Shown here piece after piece: positions 41,601 to 54,803 of a stretch of 64,000 nt of DNA (position 1 is its first letter; each line of letters begins with the position of its first letter). Source of the DNA: the human T2T-CHM13v2.0 reference genome, Homo sapiens; the NCBI RefSeq assembly GCF_009914755.1, contig NC_060936.1. The stretch is one strand, 5' to 3'. Made by a program: the position numbers and the translations under genes. The notes below the pieces were generated by a model that was given only the letters and a program-made list of their open reading frames with translations, ran no database searches and was not told the DNA's origin.

Positions 41601-42109
41601 CTCTGAGGAGTGTTTTAAAACATGGACTTTCTTCATTAGCCTTGTCACCAAACCTGAAGACTAAGTTACATGTAGCTCCTAAGTAGACCTTTTCTTCTCT
41701 CAACATAGTAATCCATTAATTTTTTACTTTTATCACTTGACATCTATGATTATTCTGATATTTTCCTGTCTTTATTAAATCAATTTGCTCTTTAGCAGGG
41801 GGCCAGTTGAGTGGATTCTACCTTTAATTGAAAAGATATTATTGTGGCCATTTTGAGAAGAAAAAAATTACTCTCTTTTTTGGAAGAACATCAATGTTTC
41901 ACTTCCATTTAATATGTGGGATTGAAAATCTATTCAGTGTACTGTCCTGAGTTGAAAGAGTTCACCTGTCACTAGAGAGTGGGAAATTATCCACTGGTTT
42001 AACTGAGCTCCCAGTTTTTCTCACTTTGTCTTTCTTGAATATTTCCCTCCATTTCTGAGAAGATAAAATATTATTTTATCATACATTTGTTGTGACAGAA
42101 TGACATAAA

Positions 42110-42270
42110 AGAAAAAGCATCAGAGTGGGACTCAGGAGAGCTGATTCCTATACCCAGTTTTGCCCATAATTAACCATTTAACCTTGGGCAAGCTAACAAA
42201 CTTCTCTAAGTCTCACATTCTTCATCTGTAAAATAAGGTTGACCACTAATTTCTAACATTCTAGGACATA
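42110..42270 (+). mobile_element. MIR
   Basis: accttgggcaag...ttcttcatctgtaaaat. Confidence 0.7.
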
Positions 42271-42469
42271 TCAATGACTTTTGGGACCTATGGTTCAGAG
42301 TACAGATTTTTAAGAACACATACAAAAGAATAAGTCTTTTGACACACCATGAAGGTGAACTAATTCCTTGGATGAAGATGAATTAATTCCTTGGACGATG
42401 TGAAGATACCCACATGGTCAGCACCCTACTCAAGAGGCAAACAGGAAATTTGCCTCTTTCCAGGCAGTT

Positions 42470-42810
42470 TTTACTCCATTTCTCTTGAACTTTATACAAA
42501 TGTAATCATACAGTGCATTTGCTTTTGGGCCTGGCTTTGTTCACTGAATGCAATCCTGCTGTTGTATGTATTAATAGTGCTTTCTTTTAAAAATTGCTGT
42601 TAGTGTTCCTTTGTGTGAACATACAATGATCTATTTACCTATTTACCAGTCTATCAGCTTTTGGGTTGTTTCTAGCTTTTGGCTATCATGGTTATGAACA
42701 TTCTTTTGTGTATCTTTTGGTGGACATATGTACTCATTTCTCTTGGGTAAATACTCAGGGATGCAATTGCCAGGTCATAGGGAAGGTTCACGTTTGGCTT
42801 TAGTAAATGC
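42470..42810 (-). mobile_element. L1M 3' fragment
   Basis: tttgggttgtttctagcttttggctat...ttttggtggacatatgtactcatttctcttgggtaaatac. Confidence 0.75.
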
Positions 42811-43203
42811 TGGCCTGGGCCTGATTTGAGGTTTTAAGTAGCTTTGGCATTCTCATTTTCCAAGAAAAGAATCACTTTGAAGGAATCACAGAAGCAGAGG
42901 GTTAGAAAGTAAGACCTAAAGAAGAGAAGGACAGAGTGATTCTGTTTAGGCTTAATGTATGCTTGCTTGTTAGATGATGACAGGTGAGAGGTCTAGGTCA
43001 GATGGGTAGGAGGGATCGAACTTGTGGAAAGCATAGGCTTGGATCCCCAGAGAGAGCCCGGGACATAAGCAGGGGCTGTGGCAGTGCTGAGTGCATCTGA
43101 GAAGTCCTTGTATAAGTTGAGGGGTGTGACTGTGCGAGGACAGAGATGTGGGTGGATGCAGGGGATAGCCACACAGGCCCTGTTTAGTCTCCCAGGAGGA
43201 GAG

Positions 43204-43568
43204 TGATATGGTTTGGTTGTGTCCCCACCCAAATCTCATCTTGAATTGTAGCTCCCATAATTCCCACATGTTGTGGGAGGGACCCAGTGGAAGATAATTG
43301 AATCATGGGGCAGTTTTCCCCATACTATTCTCATGGTAGTGAATAAGTCTCACAAGATCTGATGGTTTTATAAGGGGTTTCCTCTTTCCTTGGCTCTCAT
43401 TTTCTCTTGCCTGCCGCCACATAAGATGTGCTTTTGCCTTCTGCCATGATTGTGAGGCCTCCCATGCCATGTGCAATTGGCCACATGCGTCCATTAAACC
43501 TCTTTTTCTTTATAAATTACCCAGTCTCAAGTATGTCTTTATAAGCAGTGTGAAAATGGACTAACACA
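43204..43568 (+). mobile_element. THE1C/D-like solo LTR
   Basis: tgatatggtttgg...cccaaatctcatcttgaattgtagctccc...aatggactaacaca. Confidence 0.93.
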
Positions 43569-43764
43569 GAAAAGATATGGGGAATGGAGTTCAAGTCAGA
43601 AACTGGAGCCACATTTCAGGGTCCACAGCCGGGAGGCTGCCTCACACAGAACAGCTGGCTGCTCTGAGTTCTGCCTTGGTTTTCTATGGGGTATAGAAGT
43701 TAGGCAGCTTTAATATGCAAAGGTGCAGGGTCTGTCCATCAGTATTTTTTGAAAGCCAAGGATG

Positions 43765-43975
43765 CTTAAAAGAAGAGGAAGAGAGATCACAGCACTCTCC
43801 ACTAGCTGAGAACAGTGTGAAGGCAGCCATGTGCAAGCCAGGAAGAGAGCTCTCACCAAAACCTGACCATACTGGCAACCTCATTTCGGACTTGTAGCCT
43901 CCAGAGCTGTGAGATAACTTCTGTGGTTTAAGCCACGTAGTCTGTGGTACTTTGTTACAGCACTGCCAATGAACA
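43765..43975 (+). mobile_element. MLT1A/B-like LTR, 3' half
   Basis: gcaagccaggaagagag...cctccagagctgtgaga...tttaagccac. Confidence 0.75.
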
Positions 43976-45325
43976 TAGTCAGGGCTGAGAACTGCTGAGA
44001 TGAGTGTCAGTTGCATACTCTGAGAGACACAGGGTTTGGCATAGAACCTCCAAACTGGTTTGCCAAAGCTCTCCAATTTGTCCCAGGGATTTAAAAATAT
44101 GCCCTGAGTTGGTTCTAGGTGTGCCAAGGTATTGAGTTTCCTCTTAACCCTGGAGGTGGCTGAATTGCCAGAGTAGTTATTAATAACGTCATAAATAATG
44201 TTCTCTGTTTATTTTCAGTGTATCAGACAAATGTTATCATTTTCTTTAGGTCCTATGAAAGTGAAAAAGGGTGGAAGAAGTGAGAGCACTCACCCCTGCT
44301 GCTGCTTAATGCGGAGCTTAGCCCTGTCACACAGGATTTCTAGCTGAGCACCAGGCCTGGTTATGTGTGTGTTGGCTGAGGTGGGGGAGTGAAGATCCCA
44401 TTTCTATAATAAGAAGCCAGAAGAATAATTGTATTTAGACTTTGTACATTGGGTTGCTAAATGATGAGAGATGGGAAGTAGATGAAATTAGAAGTATCAG
44501 TCAGCTAAAAATGGTCAGCTTAGGTTAAGAAATGAGTTAGTCTTTCCAAACCATTTCTCCTTGATACTTGTATCAGACAAGTAGGCTTACAGATGATTGT
44601 AAATGCAATTCATTAAGAAATTAGGTCTACAACTTATTATCTCTAAAAGAGATGCCAAGGAGTAAAATGACTAAAGAAATTGCTTGCATAATTCTCTCTG
44701 TTCTATGAATATCATTAAAATGGAGAGGAGGAATTCCCTAGGGAAAAATCCATCAGTTTTCAACCGTTACCAATAATGACAGTGCAGATTTCGTGACCCC
44801 TTCCTATCCATTCTCTTCCACCTGCCACTCTCAAAGAGAAAGCTCCAAGCAAGGATGGATTCCTGGGTGGTCTGGAGTTTGCACCTGGTGCGTCCAGGAG
44901 GCAGGTTACTCATCATGAAGGGAAGGATAGGAGCTCAGTGTGGAGAGGTTTTACGAAGAGAAAAATACCGTAGGTTCTTTCCCTCTCAGATTCGTGGCAC
45001 GCAGTGGGAGAAATGCATGGGCAAACATGAAAAATTGTTTTGGGAAATATTCTTAGGTAGAATATGCCTGGGACTAGAAAGAATTTTTTCTAAAGTGAGT
45101 CCTGAGAAACACTTGTTTCATTCTTCTCAGAATGTTAATAGGTGTTCTATGAAAAATATGTGTTTAAGATGGGTGCACAGTATTAGCCCTTTCCAAACTT
45201 GTTTAATACAGAACCATGTTCAGTGCTTCATGGAGTGCATGTTAAGAAACCATGTGTTAGAGACACATGAAAGTGGTGTAGACTTTAGATTGTTTTCTAG
45301 AACACTCCACTTAAAGCCTCTCAAA

Positions 45326-45885
45326 CGCTAGCGGTGGAAAAGATCCGAGTTATTCCGAGTTACTCCAAGTTACCAGCCGCGAATTCTTATAGGTCTGCAG
45401 CAACTTCAGCTCTTCGCCCCCTCAGAAGAAAGAATTCAACTGAGGGGTATAAGGCAGGAGAGACCGAGGCAGGCTTCAGAGCAGGAGTGAAAGTTTATTG
45501 AAAAGCTTTAGAACAGTAACAAAAGGAAGGAAAGAAAAGAAGGAAAGTACAACTTGGAAGAGGGTCAAGCAGACGACTTGAGGAACCAAGTGCACAGTTT
45601 GACCTCTTGACTTGGGGTTTTATATATATTGGCATACTTCCGGGATCTTGCCTTACTTCTCACCTACTCCTGAGATCTTATTGGAAAGCTGCTGGTCAGT
45701 TTCAGGTGTTTTCTATCTAGTAGGAGCCTGCCTTTCCCTGGTGCCGGCTGTGAGCAATTATTATTTTAGAGAAACAGTTAACCACAGCCTGACCATCACC
45801 TGATTGTCATCCAACATTCCTGGCATGTGTGTGTGGGGAGCCCTCTCCTTTTCTGCAGATACCTGACTAGCTACCTACTGTAACA
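45326..45885 (-). mobile_element. ERV1 MER4-group solo LTR (MER50/MER66-like)
   Basis: Ends ctagctacctactgtaaca (TG...CA on the minus strand); tttatt (AATAAA on minus) at ~45494; 10-bp triplication tccgagtta. Confidence 0.75.
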
Positions 45886-45965
45886 AAATCAGGACACAGG
45901 AAACTTCCTTTTCTTCCCAGTTTTCTTTTCTAATTTCTTTCTTCAAGTCCTTACCAAACAGAAGT

Positions 45966-46277
45966 TCTTTTTTTTTTTTTCTTATAGAGAAAAGGTTTTT
46001 CTCTGTCACCCAGGCTGGAGTGCAGTGGCAGGATCCTAGCTCAACTGCAATCTAGAACTCCTGGGCTAAAGTGATCCTCCTGCCTTAGCCTTCCAACTCT
46101 CTGGGACTATAGGCACATGCCACCATGCCTGGCTAAATTTTATTTTTTTTTCTTTTTGATAGAGACAGGGTCTTGCTCTGTTGCTTAGGCTGGTCTTGAA
46201 CTCCTGCTTTGAAGCGATCCTCGAGTTTCGGCCTTCCAAAATGCTGGGATTACAGACTGAACCACCACACCTGCCCG
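45966..46277 (-). mobile_element. AluJ
   Basis: Diverged dimer with gaactcctgggct...gatcctcc (J-type). Confidence 0.9.
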
Positions 46278-46969
46278 TGAACACTTCTGAGCCAAGTCAT
46301 TGTAATGTACCATGGCACTTAAAGATAAATAAGACAAGTTATTTGTTTGGTCTGGATCTCAGTTTATTCATTTGTGAAACAGGAAGATTGAATTATGATT
46401 ACTATTGTCTCTCCCACATCTTTAATTCTACGCTTTTTTAATTTAAAAAGCATGATCCCTGATCCCAAGGTGATAACTGCCTAGATTGGGGTACAAGCCT
46501 ATTGCAAACGACATAACTAGCCAGCAATTGAAATGGCACATATCTGTGTGTCAAATTGTGTGGTGCAGATTAGAGGGGCTATACAAGTGCAGAGAGGGGA
46601 AACCAATGAGGCTGGTGCACTTCTAGCTCTCTATTTTTTCTTGCTACATTAGGCACTCAATAGAGCCCCTAAAATAATGATTTAATGAGAATGCATTTGG
46701 CTATAGAGATTTAAAATGCATTTACTACATGGAAGGACTTGTTCTGTCTACTTAAGCTCCCTTAATAACATTGCAGAGGTTAGCTACAACGTGAGATTAA
46801 TGAAAACATCTCTGTCGATGTAAGCATTTAATACTTATTGAAATAATCATTAGATTACTAATGCCTTTGCAGAACTTGAAGACTTGAACTAAAAAATGTT
46901 TCAGGCTGAAGGCACGAATAGGATCCTAGCATGTTAGAGCTAGAAGAGTCCTAAGGGATCATTTAAGTC

Positions 46970-47189
46970 TAGGGTCAGCAAACTTTTTCTGTAAAGGGCC
47001 AGATAGTAAATATTTTAGGCTTTGGGGGCCATTAGATCATGCTGCAACTATTCAACTCTGCTGTTGTAGCACAAAAGCAGCGTAGACAATATGTAAATAA
47101 CTGGATGCGGCTGTGTTCCAATACAACTTTATGTACAAAAACAGGAGGCAGGCTGGATTTGGCTGGTGGGCCGCAGTTGTTGAACCTCG
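46970..47189 (+). mobile_element. MER58A (hAT-Charlie) within a MIR
   Basis: agggtcagcaaactttttctgtaaagggccagatagtaaatattttaggc...ggctggatttggc. Confidence 0.9.
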
Positions 47190-47238
47190 ATGTGAATGCA
47201 ATCCAGGTTAGTGAAGGGGGTTGATCAAGGTCACACAG

Positions 47239-47600
47239 AGCTATGGACTGAATTGTGTCTCCCAAAAAACCACGTTGAAGCCCTACCCCACAATGTGGCA
47301 GTATTTAGAGATAGGGCCTACCAAGAGGTAATTTAAGTTAAATGAAGGTGTAAGAGCAGAGCCCTGATATGATAGAATTGTGTAGTTAGAAGAAGAGACA
47401 CCAGAGCACTCTTTGTCTCTTTCTGCCATGTGAGCACACGGTGAGAAGGTGGCCATCAACAATCCAGGAAGAGAGCCCTCCCCAGACTATGCTGGCACGC
47501 TGACCTCAGACTTCCAGCCTCCAGTACTGTGAAAAAATAAATTTCCGTTGTTTAAGCCACCCAGTCTATGGCATTTTGTTATGGCCACCTGAGCTAACAC
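47239..47600 (+). mobile_element. MLT1A0/MLT1B-like solo LTR within the same MIR
   Basis: gctatggactgaattgtgtc...cagacttccagcctccag...tttaagccacccagtctatgg. Confidence 0.85.
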
Positions 47601-48049
47601 CCACAGCAAGTTAGGGGCAAAGTGAGCTCTGGCATCCAGATCTTCTGAAGGCATTTCAAACAGCATTGGGTGGGAAAAGAATGAGAATATTGGCTTACAT
47701 TTAAAAAGGAAAGCATTTAATTTTTCCCATTTCACTTCTTAATACTTTGGCCCAATATATAGGTTAATAGATAATAGATCAAATAATTAGATCTTCATTT
47801 TGGAAAGCTGAAATGTTGAGTTGGATATAAAATAAAACCCTTTAGGAGATTAAGCAAGGGATAGATAAAAGTTGGGGACTTAGACCACATTTCTAACTTT
47901 GCCTCCATCTCCTTTGGGGACTTAATCTCTCTTTGGCTACTTCTGTTATCCATGTGCTTCTCATTTCCTGCCCTTTGCTACATGTCCGTCTTCATCTTTA
48001 AAGCTTCATGAGAGTAGAGTCACATTTTGTTTACATAAACTACAGTAAA

Positions 48050-48760
48050 TGATATAAAGAAAAGGTACTGATATAATGAAGGTGTAAAATAGGGAAACCA
48101 AAGAAGGTTTTCCTAAGCAAGTGATGTTTGTGGCAAGATATATATAAAAAAAGTGTTAATCAGGTGAAAGAAAGATGGGGAGTGGAGGGAAGAACATGGC
48201 CAGAGTCATGAGATGAAAGAAAGCAGATGCACTTGAGGAATTGGTAGGGGCCAGGAGGGCTGGAACACAGTTACACAAATGAGTCTGGAGAGAATGACAA
48301 GGGCCTGGCTACTTGGAACCTTGTAGACCAGATTTGGGGTTGTTCTAAGCATAATGAGAAGCCATTGCAGAGCTTTAAGCATCTTTAATGTAACTCAGGT
48401 TGCATGCAACATATTGTGGAGAACAAAAGTGATTGGAAGAAGGCCAGTTCAGAGATTCTTGCTGTATGATGGTGGTTTGAATCAGGGATCTCAGCGTTAG
48501 TTGAGATTGAGAGAAGAAAATGGAGTTGAGACACTTTGAGGAGAACTTGGTGAGGATTGGATACAGGGGTGAAAGAGTGCAAGGTGTAGATAATTCCCCA
48601 ATACTTGGCTTGTGAAACTAGAGATGTAGGGTGTTTTTTCCGCAGGTTGGCAACACTAGAGGAGAACTGGGTTTCAGATAGGAGCAGGTGGGAGTGGGTT
48701 GTGGTTGAGTCTGAGGTACCCACAGAGATGCTGAGTAGGTAGTTGGGCAAATGGGCCTTT
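48050..48760 (-). mobile_element. L2 fragment
   Basis: aatgagaagccattgcagagctttaagca...gagatgctgagtaggtagttgg. Confidence 0.7.
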
Positions 48761-49059
48761 GTTAGGCTCTACCTTAACCATAATTAAAATTTGTAGTATC
48801 TTCAAAGGGTAAAGAGAAAGCAGAAACATTTTCGGTGAAAAATGAGTACAGAAAAACTAATCCATGTGCCTCTGATTCATGATCCTGGGGAGCTGTGTCT
48901 GATAGAAAACCCCAGTGCTGGGGTTGGCTTGAAGTAAAATAATAGAGACCATGACTCTTCAATGCCCTCCTACTGAAGGAGAGATCATCCTTCTAAAATC
49001 TTATAAAATCTTATAGATCTAATGGTAGCTTCTTCAGGCTGTAATACTGCATCCTTTAG

Positions 49060-50310
49060 TATTTTCCTATTCACATTTAAAAGATCCAAACTTCCTTCTC
49101 ACAAGATCTTGCATGATTTGGCCTCAGCCAACCTCCCTAATGTCATCTGGCACTCTTCTTCCTAGATTCCAGCTAGGCTGGCTTCCTCCTGGTTCCTCTC
49201 ACAATCCGGACTTGCTTCTGCCTCAGGCCTTTTTAACTTGAAGCCCTCTTCCTGATGTGCTCCTCCCTTGCACTCTTTTTGGCAGCTTTGTGTGAGGTTT
49301 GTGCTTAAATCTCACTTCGTCAGTGGGACCTTCCCTGTTCACCCACTTTAAGTATTCAGCCCCATTCCATTCCATTCCATTACTTTCCTTTATTTTTACC
49401 AAAGGCCGTGGGAGCCCACCTTTTCCATCAGTGCACCCTGGATGTGAGACATGGAGTCAAAGGAGATTATTTTGGAGCTTTAAGATTTAATGACTGCCCT
49501 GTTGGATTTCAGACTTGCATGAGGCCTTTAGCGCCTTTGTTTTGGCCAGTTTCTCCCATGTGGAATGGGAGCATTTATCCAATGCCTGTACCCCCATTTG
49601 TATCTTGGAAGTAACTAACTTACTTTTGATTTTACGGGCTTCTAGGTGGAAGGGGCTTGCTCTGTCTCAGATGAGACTTTGGACTTGGACTTTTGGGTTA
49701 ATGCTGGAAAGAGTTAAGACTTTGGGGGACTGTTGAAAAGGCATGAGATTTGGGAGGGGGCAGGGATGAAATGATATGGTTTGGCTCTGGGTCCCCACCC
49801 AAATCTTATCTTAAATTGTAATCCCCACATGTGGAGGGAGGTAGGTAACTGAATCATGGGGGTGGCTTCCCCCATGCTGTTCTCATGATAGTGAGTTCGT
49901 TCTCATGAGAGCTGATGGTTTTATAGGCATCTGGCATTTCCCCTGCTTTCAATTCTATCTCCTGCCACCATGTGAAGAAGGTCCTTGCTTCCCTTTCCTC
50001 CATGATTGTAAGTTTCCTGAGGCCTCAGCAGCCATGTGGAACTGTGAGTCAATTATACCTCTTTCCTTTATAAATTACCCAGTTTTGGGTATTGCTTTAT
50101 AGCAGTGTGAGAATGAACTAATACAATTTTTTTATTGATCTTTTACCAGGTGAAATTGAGTTTGTATGTTTATTCATCTATTTCTCCCTATTGAATGAAA
50201 GTTTCATGAGAATGGGAACCGAGTCTGTCTTGTTCAGTGCCTTATCACCAGCACCTGTTCCAGTACCTGTTCAGTTGGAGGTGCTCATAAAGCTTTTGTT
50301 TAATGAATGA
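49060..50310 (+). mobile_element. L2 3' region interrupted by a MaLR
   Basis: cctgcc/tctgcctcaggcc...ccttccct; resumes with gtcttgttca...gtgctcataaa...aatgaatga tail. Confidence 0.7.
49398..50125 (+). mobile_element. THE1D/MSTA-like MaLR: 3' end of internal region, PPT and 3' LTR (49772-50125)
   Basis: ggatgtgagacatggagtcaaaggagat internal motif; PPT gggagggggcaggg; LTR tgatatggtttgg...ctaataca. Confidence 0.9.
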
Positions 50311-50449
50311 GGTTTCTATTAGGCACTGGGAAAACACAGATAAATATTGAGAGGAATGCTAAGCCTCGCAGGCTGCAAATGTCAGACAATGGGGAAATGT
50401 CGGTGCTTTGGAGAGGAGTAGGGTGTCGGGGACAATTTCTGGGCAGAGA

Positions 50450-51063
50450 TGTTACCGGTGGAAGGCATGCTTAGTTATCAGTGGCAAATCCATACGGGTC
50501 TATAGCAACCTCAATTCTTGTCTCCTCAGAAGAAAGAATTCAACTGAGGGACATAAAGCAGAAAAAGAGACTGAAGCAAGTTTCAGAGCAGGAGTGAAAG
50601 TTTATTTAAAAAGGCCAAGTGGTCACCTTGAATAAAAGCATGATGTTTAACCATGATTCAGCACTTTACAGGCTGGCCTTTTTCCCGTGATTCTTCCCTT
50701 AGCATGGGCTGCTTGCATGCACAGTGCCCTCCTTACCCTTGGCAAGTGAACATGTACAATGTGTTTAGGAAGTTGTACACTTGCCCATCTGAGGCGTTCT
50801 TCCCTTTTCCGGTGAACTGCCCCTGGAAGGTCTAGTCTGCCATTTTGTCTCTTAATGCACATGCCCAGGAAGTTGCTTCTCACTGGCATCTGCATTCAAT
50901 TAACATTTTAGTGCAACAGGTGTAGACCATCAGGAAATGGCCTCTTCCTGATGCTGGCTGCCAATTTATCACTTTTAGAGAGGCAATGTGATAATTGCAG
51001 AACCATCAGTCATTCCTAGTGGGTGGGAGAGCCCTCCTGCCCCACTTATACCTATCTGTGACA
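50450..51063 (-). mobile_element. ERV1 MER4-group solo LTR
   Basis: tgttaccggtggaa...tgtgaca termini; shares ctcagaagaaagaattcaactgaggg...cagagcaggagtgaaagtttatt with 45326-45885; TSD gaga/aaga. Confidence 0.75.
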
Positions 51064-51929
51064 AAGATGCTGAGGACAAATAGTTCAAATAATCCCACGA
51101 TTCAATACTCAGCATGTCATAGTCCTGGCCACTAGTTGACAAAAGCTTTCAACTCTATTAGGAAGTTTAGAGAAAACTCTCAATTTTATCATGGCATTCA
51201 AGAGGAAAATGGGATGGATTTTTTAAATATTTAAAGTAAACTTTGGGGAGAAAACCTGTAAGTGAAGGATTTTGAATTCAAAATGGACAATCTTACAAGG
51301 TTTCAGAAGATGACTTCATTTAAATAAGGATTCTGACTACATTACCAGGAGTTTTCTGCCCTTCGAAGAGGTCTGGAAATCTGTGTAAAGAATCCCACTT
51401 CCTTGGAAATCAGTGGTTTTACTGTCTGAATGACCACTATGTAGTTCTACGGTCCACATTCAAGCCTCACTCCAGTGAAGCTCACTGTCATGTGTTGTAA
51501 AGTGTAACCTGTTGTTCATGAACCCCAAACAATGCAGGGGCTATTTATTAGTGATTTGAAGGAAGTGCATACAGCTCATTCCTCAGTGTGTGAAGCTGCT
51601 GCTGTTGCATATTGAAACTTGCTTTTGGGGGCAGGTGGATTTTAAATATGAAAGCTGACCTCTATGCAGGTGGCTAACTGTAGTGAAGCCCTTGCCACAC
51701 AGCTGTGCTGGAACTGCATTTAAACAAGCCAGACTTAGGGGCCTGAATTACTAATTGCCCCCCACTAATTGTGGCAAAAGAAATGAGGAATTTTGAAGAG
51801 CATTACATTCAAAATGGTAGGTAAGAGTTTAGTCCATTTCTGGTTTTCCACCTAAGTAGCCACACAGTGTTGAATGAGATCAAGTCCCTGCCATTATGGA
51901 GGAAACATCACCACCACCAACAGTAATTA

Positions 51930-52175
51930 TAACAATAATAAATATTTATTGAAGAATTCCTACACACTAGGAACCCCTCCAACTGATACAAATGAACTAT
52001 CTCACTTAATTCTCCTAATAACTTCGAGGTAGATTCTGTTATTATGATTATTTTCCAGATGAAGAAACTGAGACACAGAGCTGTTATATAACTTGTCTAA
52101 AGTTATGTGACTTGGAAGTAGCAAAGCCAGGTTTTGAACTCAGATGTCAGAGTGCACTCTCTTAGCCACATACCC
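51930..52175 (-). mobile_element. MIR
   Basis: ttttccagatgaagaaactgagacacagag...ccaggttttgaactcag. Confidence 0.8.
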
Positions 52176-54455
52176 TAATGGGTAATTACAGTATGTAAGT
52201 GCTACAGGATAAGTACAGTGGAAGCATTCTTAAACCTCCCTACCTAATTGACCTACTGCATTAGCCAACACTCTCCTTCCTCGTGTAAAACATACTTAAC
52301 AGTTGTCTCTAGCACCTTGAAAACTACAACTGGAAGGCTACTGTATAGCACACTTGAACACTGTTATTGCCAACAGGTAAGCTGTTTGTAGAGACAATAT
52401 AAGCTCCCTCTTGGAGAAATAAAACATACAATTAAAAACATGAATCTCTTCTAAGAAGGACATCATCTTAAATTAAAGGGAAACTAGCAAACCATCTATT
52501 GGACCTATATTACTTAGTTTCTGTGTGCTATTAAATTTGATTTGTGACTTGGTAAACCAAAGAGTTTTGGGTAGTGCAATAATTAAGTGAGATGAAGATT
52601 TTTGAGGAAGATTGAAATTTGATTATAATTACTGTCCTCTACCATAGGGTCAATTTTCTTCACTGGGTTTTTCTTCCATGTAATATAAAGAGATAAGGAC
52701 TGTCCTGCTATCAAATTGTCTTGTTACAAGACTAAACTTCTATGCTTGTAAAGCCTATTTTAATCATTGCAGAAATCATAAAACATGGCTGGGGTAGAAG
52801 ATAATTAATTATAGGTTATAAATTTACCCATTTTAATCAAGTCAGATACAACTGAACCTACAATGAACTTTCTAGCAATGAAGTAAAGAATGAACCAAAA
52901 AATGGAGAGTTTGTTATAATCTGAATCCTTAATAACCTCAGGTCGTGATAGTCTGCTGTGGTGTTCCCTAGTACCAGACAGGCAAGCTCTTAAGCTGAGG
53001 CCATTTCACCCCAGATGGCACCTGGAAGGTCACTTTCAATGTTTGTCTCTTTGATCTGTTTATATGCTTCAATCCTTGACCAACTCTCTATGATTGTACT
53101 CTTTTAAAAATACCATCTTTTGTTTTGAATATAAAAGTTACATGTATGCATTGTAGAAAATACAGACAAATATAAAGATGTTAAACATTTCCGTAACATA
53201 TGTTCAAGAAAAAAAGTTAACATTGGGGATATTTTAACCCAGGCTAAGTTGTTTTCTTTTTAGAAAATTTGTATTATAATGTTTTTGTTTCACTTAATAT
53301 ATCATGAACATTTCCCCTGACATCTTTGGGGTCTTTCTTGTGAAAATGATTTATAATGGCCCTACAACATTCCATTATTTAGATGACCTAATTCCCCTAC
53401 TTTTGTGCAAGTGAATTGCTTCCATTCTCTTTCCTTTCCTTCTTTCTTTGAATTTTGTAAACCTCAATTCAGTTATTCCTTATTTTCAAGATGGCAGATT
53501 GGGTTACAAATTTAAATTATAACTTGAAAATCTTTAATAACAAGAAATTTAGTTAAAATCAATTTATTCATAAGTAATCATGGAAAAAACAAAAAATATA
53601 GAGTGAGGAGGGGTAGGAGAGACACTTGAGTAAGTATTGTCAAGGTCTACATTTTCATTTTTAGGAAAGTTAAAGTTTAGTTTCAGTCCCAACATTATAC
53701 AACATTATACAGAGAAAGATTTTATTGTCATACAGTCTAGTTTCTAATTAGTCCACAAACTACTTCCTGCTGTCTTGGGTAGGCTGAGATGCATTTACAG
53801 AACCTTCTTTGTTTGCAGCTTTAAATCTGAATTGCTCTTGTCATTTGTCTTCTTTCCTGCCAAGCTGAGACAATGCATTTTTGCTCTACCCATTGGCCAT
53901 GTGATTCTGTTCCTTTTGGTACGTCATATTCTGCACCGAGTTCTGGTAGCTCAGGCAATTCTGTGCTTTCTTGTATTCTTTATTATGCAGCCATTTTTGG
54001 CAAGAATCCTTCAAGAACAGGAGAAATATTTTTCTTATGGACATCAAACAGTGAGCATCTGAAGCAAGGCCTGCTGTCTTTTCCAAAATGACTAAATCCT
54101 GGATGTGTTTGATTGAAGCTTGTGTCACTCTGCTAGCTAGGTGAATTGTTGCTGACTGATTTTATCAGTGAATTCTAGATAGGATCCCTATTTTTTCAGC
54201 TACATCGATGAGCAACAAAATGTTACTGCGGTAGAGAAAGTCATCAAAATAACCACAGAAATTTCTTCGATTAGAAAATACATGATAAACCCAGTACAAA
54301 GCACGTAAGGTGCTGGACTTCAGTTTTAGGATGAAGCTGGAAGAAATCCTCAGGGATCTCCTTTCTTGTTATTATTCATCTACTTTTCCTTCATGTTCAG
54401 GAAGAGGTGATAACAGGTGAGATATGACAGCCTGGTGTAGCAGAGCCTTAGTCTT

Positions 54456-54803
54456 TGATATAGTTTGGCTGTATTCCCACCCAAATCTCATCTTGAATTG
54501 TAGCTCCCATAATTCCCACATCATGGGAGGGACCTGGTGGGAGGTAATTGAATCATGGGGGCGGGTTTTCCCTGTGCTGTTCTTGTGATAGTGAGATCTG
54601 ATGGTTTGTAAAGGGGGGTTCCCCTGCAAACGCTCTCTTGCCTGCTGCCATATAAGATATGACATTGCTTCTTATTTGCCTTCCACTATGTTTGTGAGGC
54701 CTCCTCAGCCATGTGGAACTGAGAGTCCATTAAACCTCTTTCCTTCAGAAATTACCCAGTCTCTGGTATGTCTTTATTAGCAGTGTGAGAACAGACTAAT
54801 ACA
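54456..54803 (+). mobile_element. THE1B/C-like solo LTR
   Basis: tgatatagtttggctg...acagactaataca; perfect 5-bp TSD GTCTT at 54451-54455 and 54804-54808. Confidence 0.95.

Noticed and set aside
42349-42394. 23-bp tandem duplication (and 9-11-bp duplications near 48995, 53691, 59549)
   Set aside because: Ordinary slippage products with no further structure.
43684-44127. 147-aa minus-strand ORF
   Set aside because: Largely antisense read-through of an MLT1 LTR.
44855-45331. 158-aa ORF
   Set aside because: No recognisable domain or exon context; within the range expected by chance.
45326-51063. Possible single ERV1 provirus bounded by two LTRs
   Set aside because: The LTRs differ over most of their length and the interior has no ERV1 coding sequence.
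53775-54128. Overlapping ORFs in unique DNA as a possible exon or pseudogene
   Set aside because: No recognisable homology, poly(A)/TSD or convincing splice boundaries.
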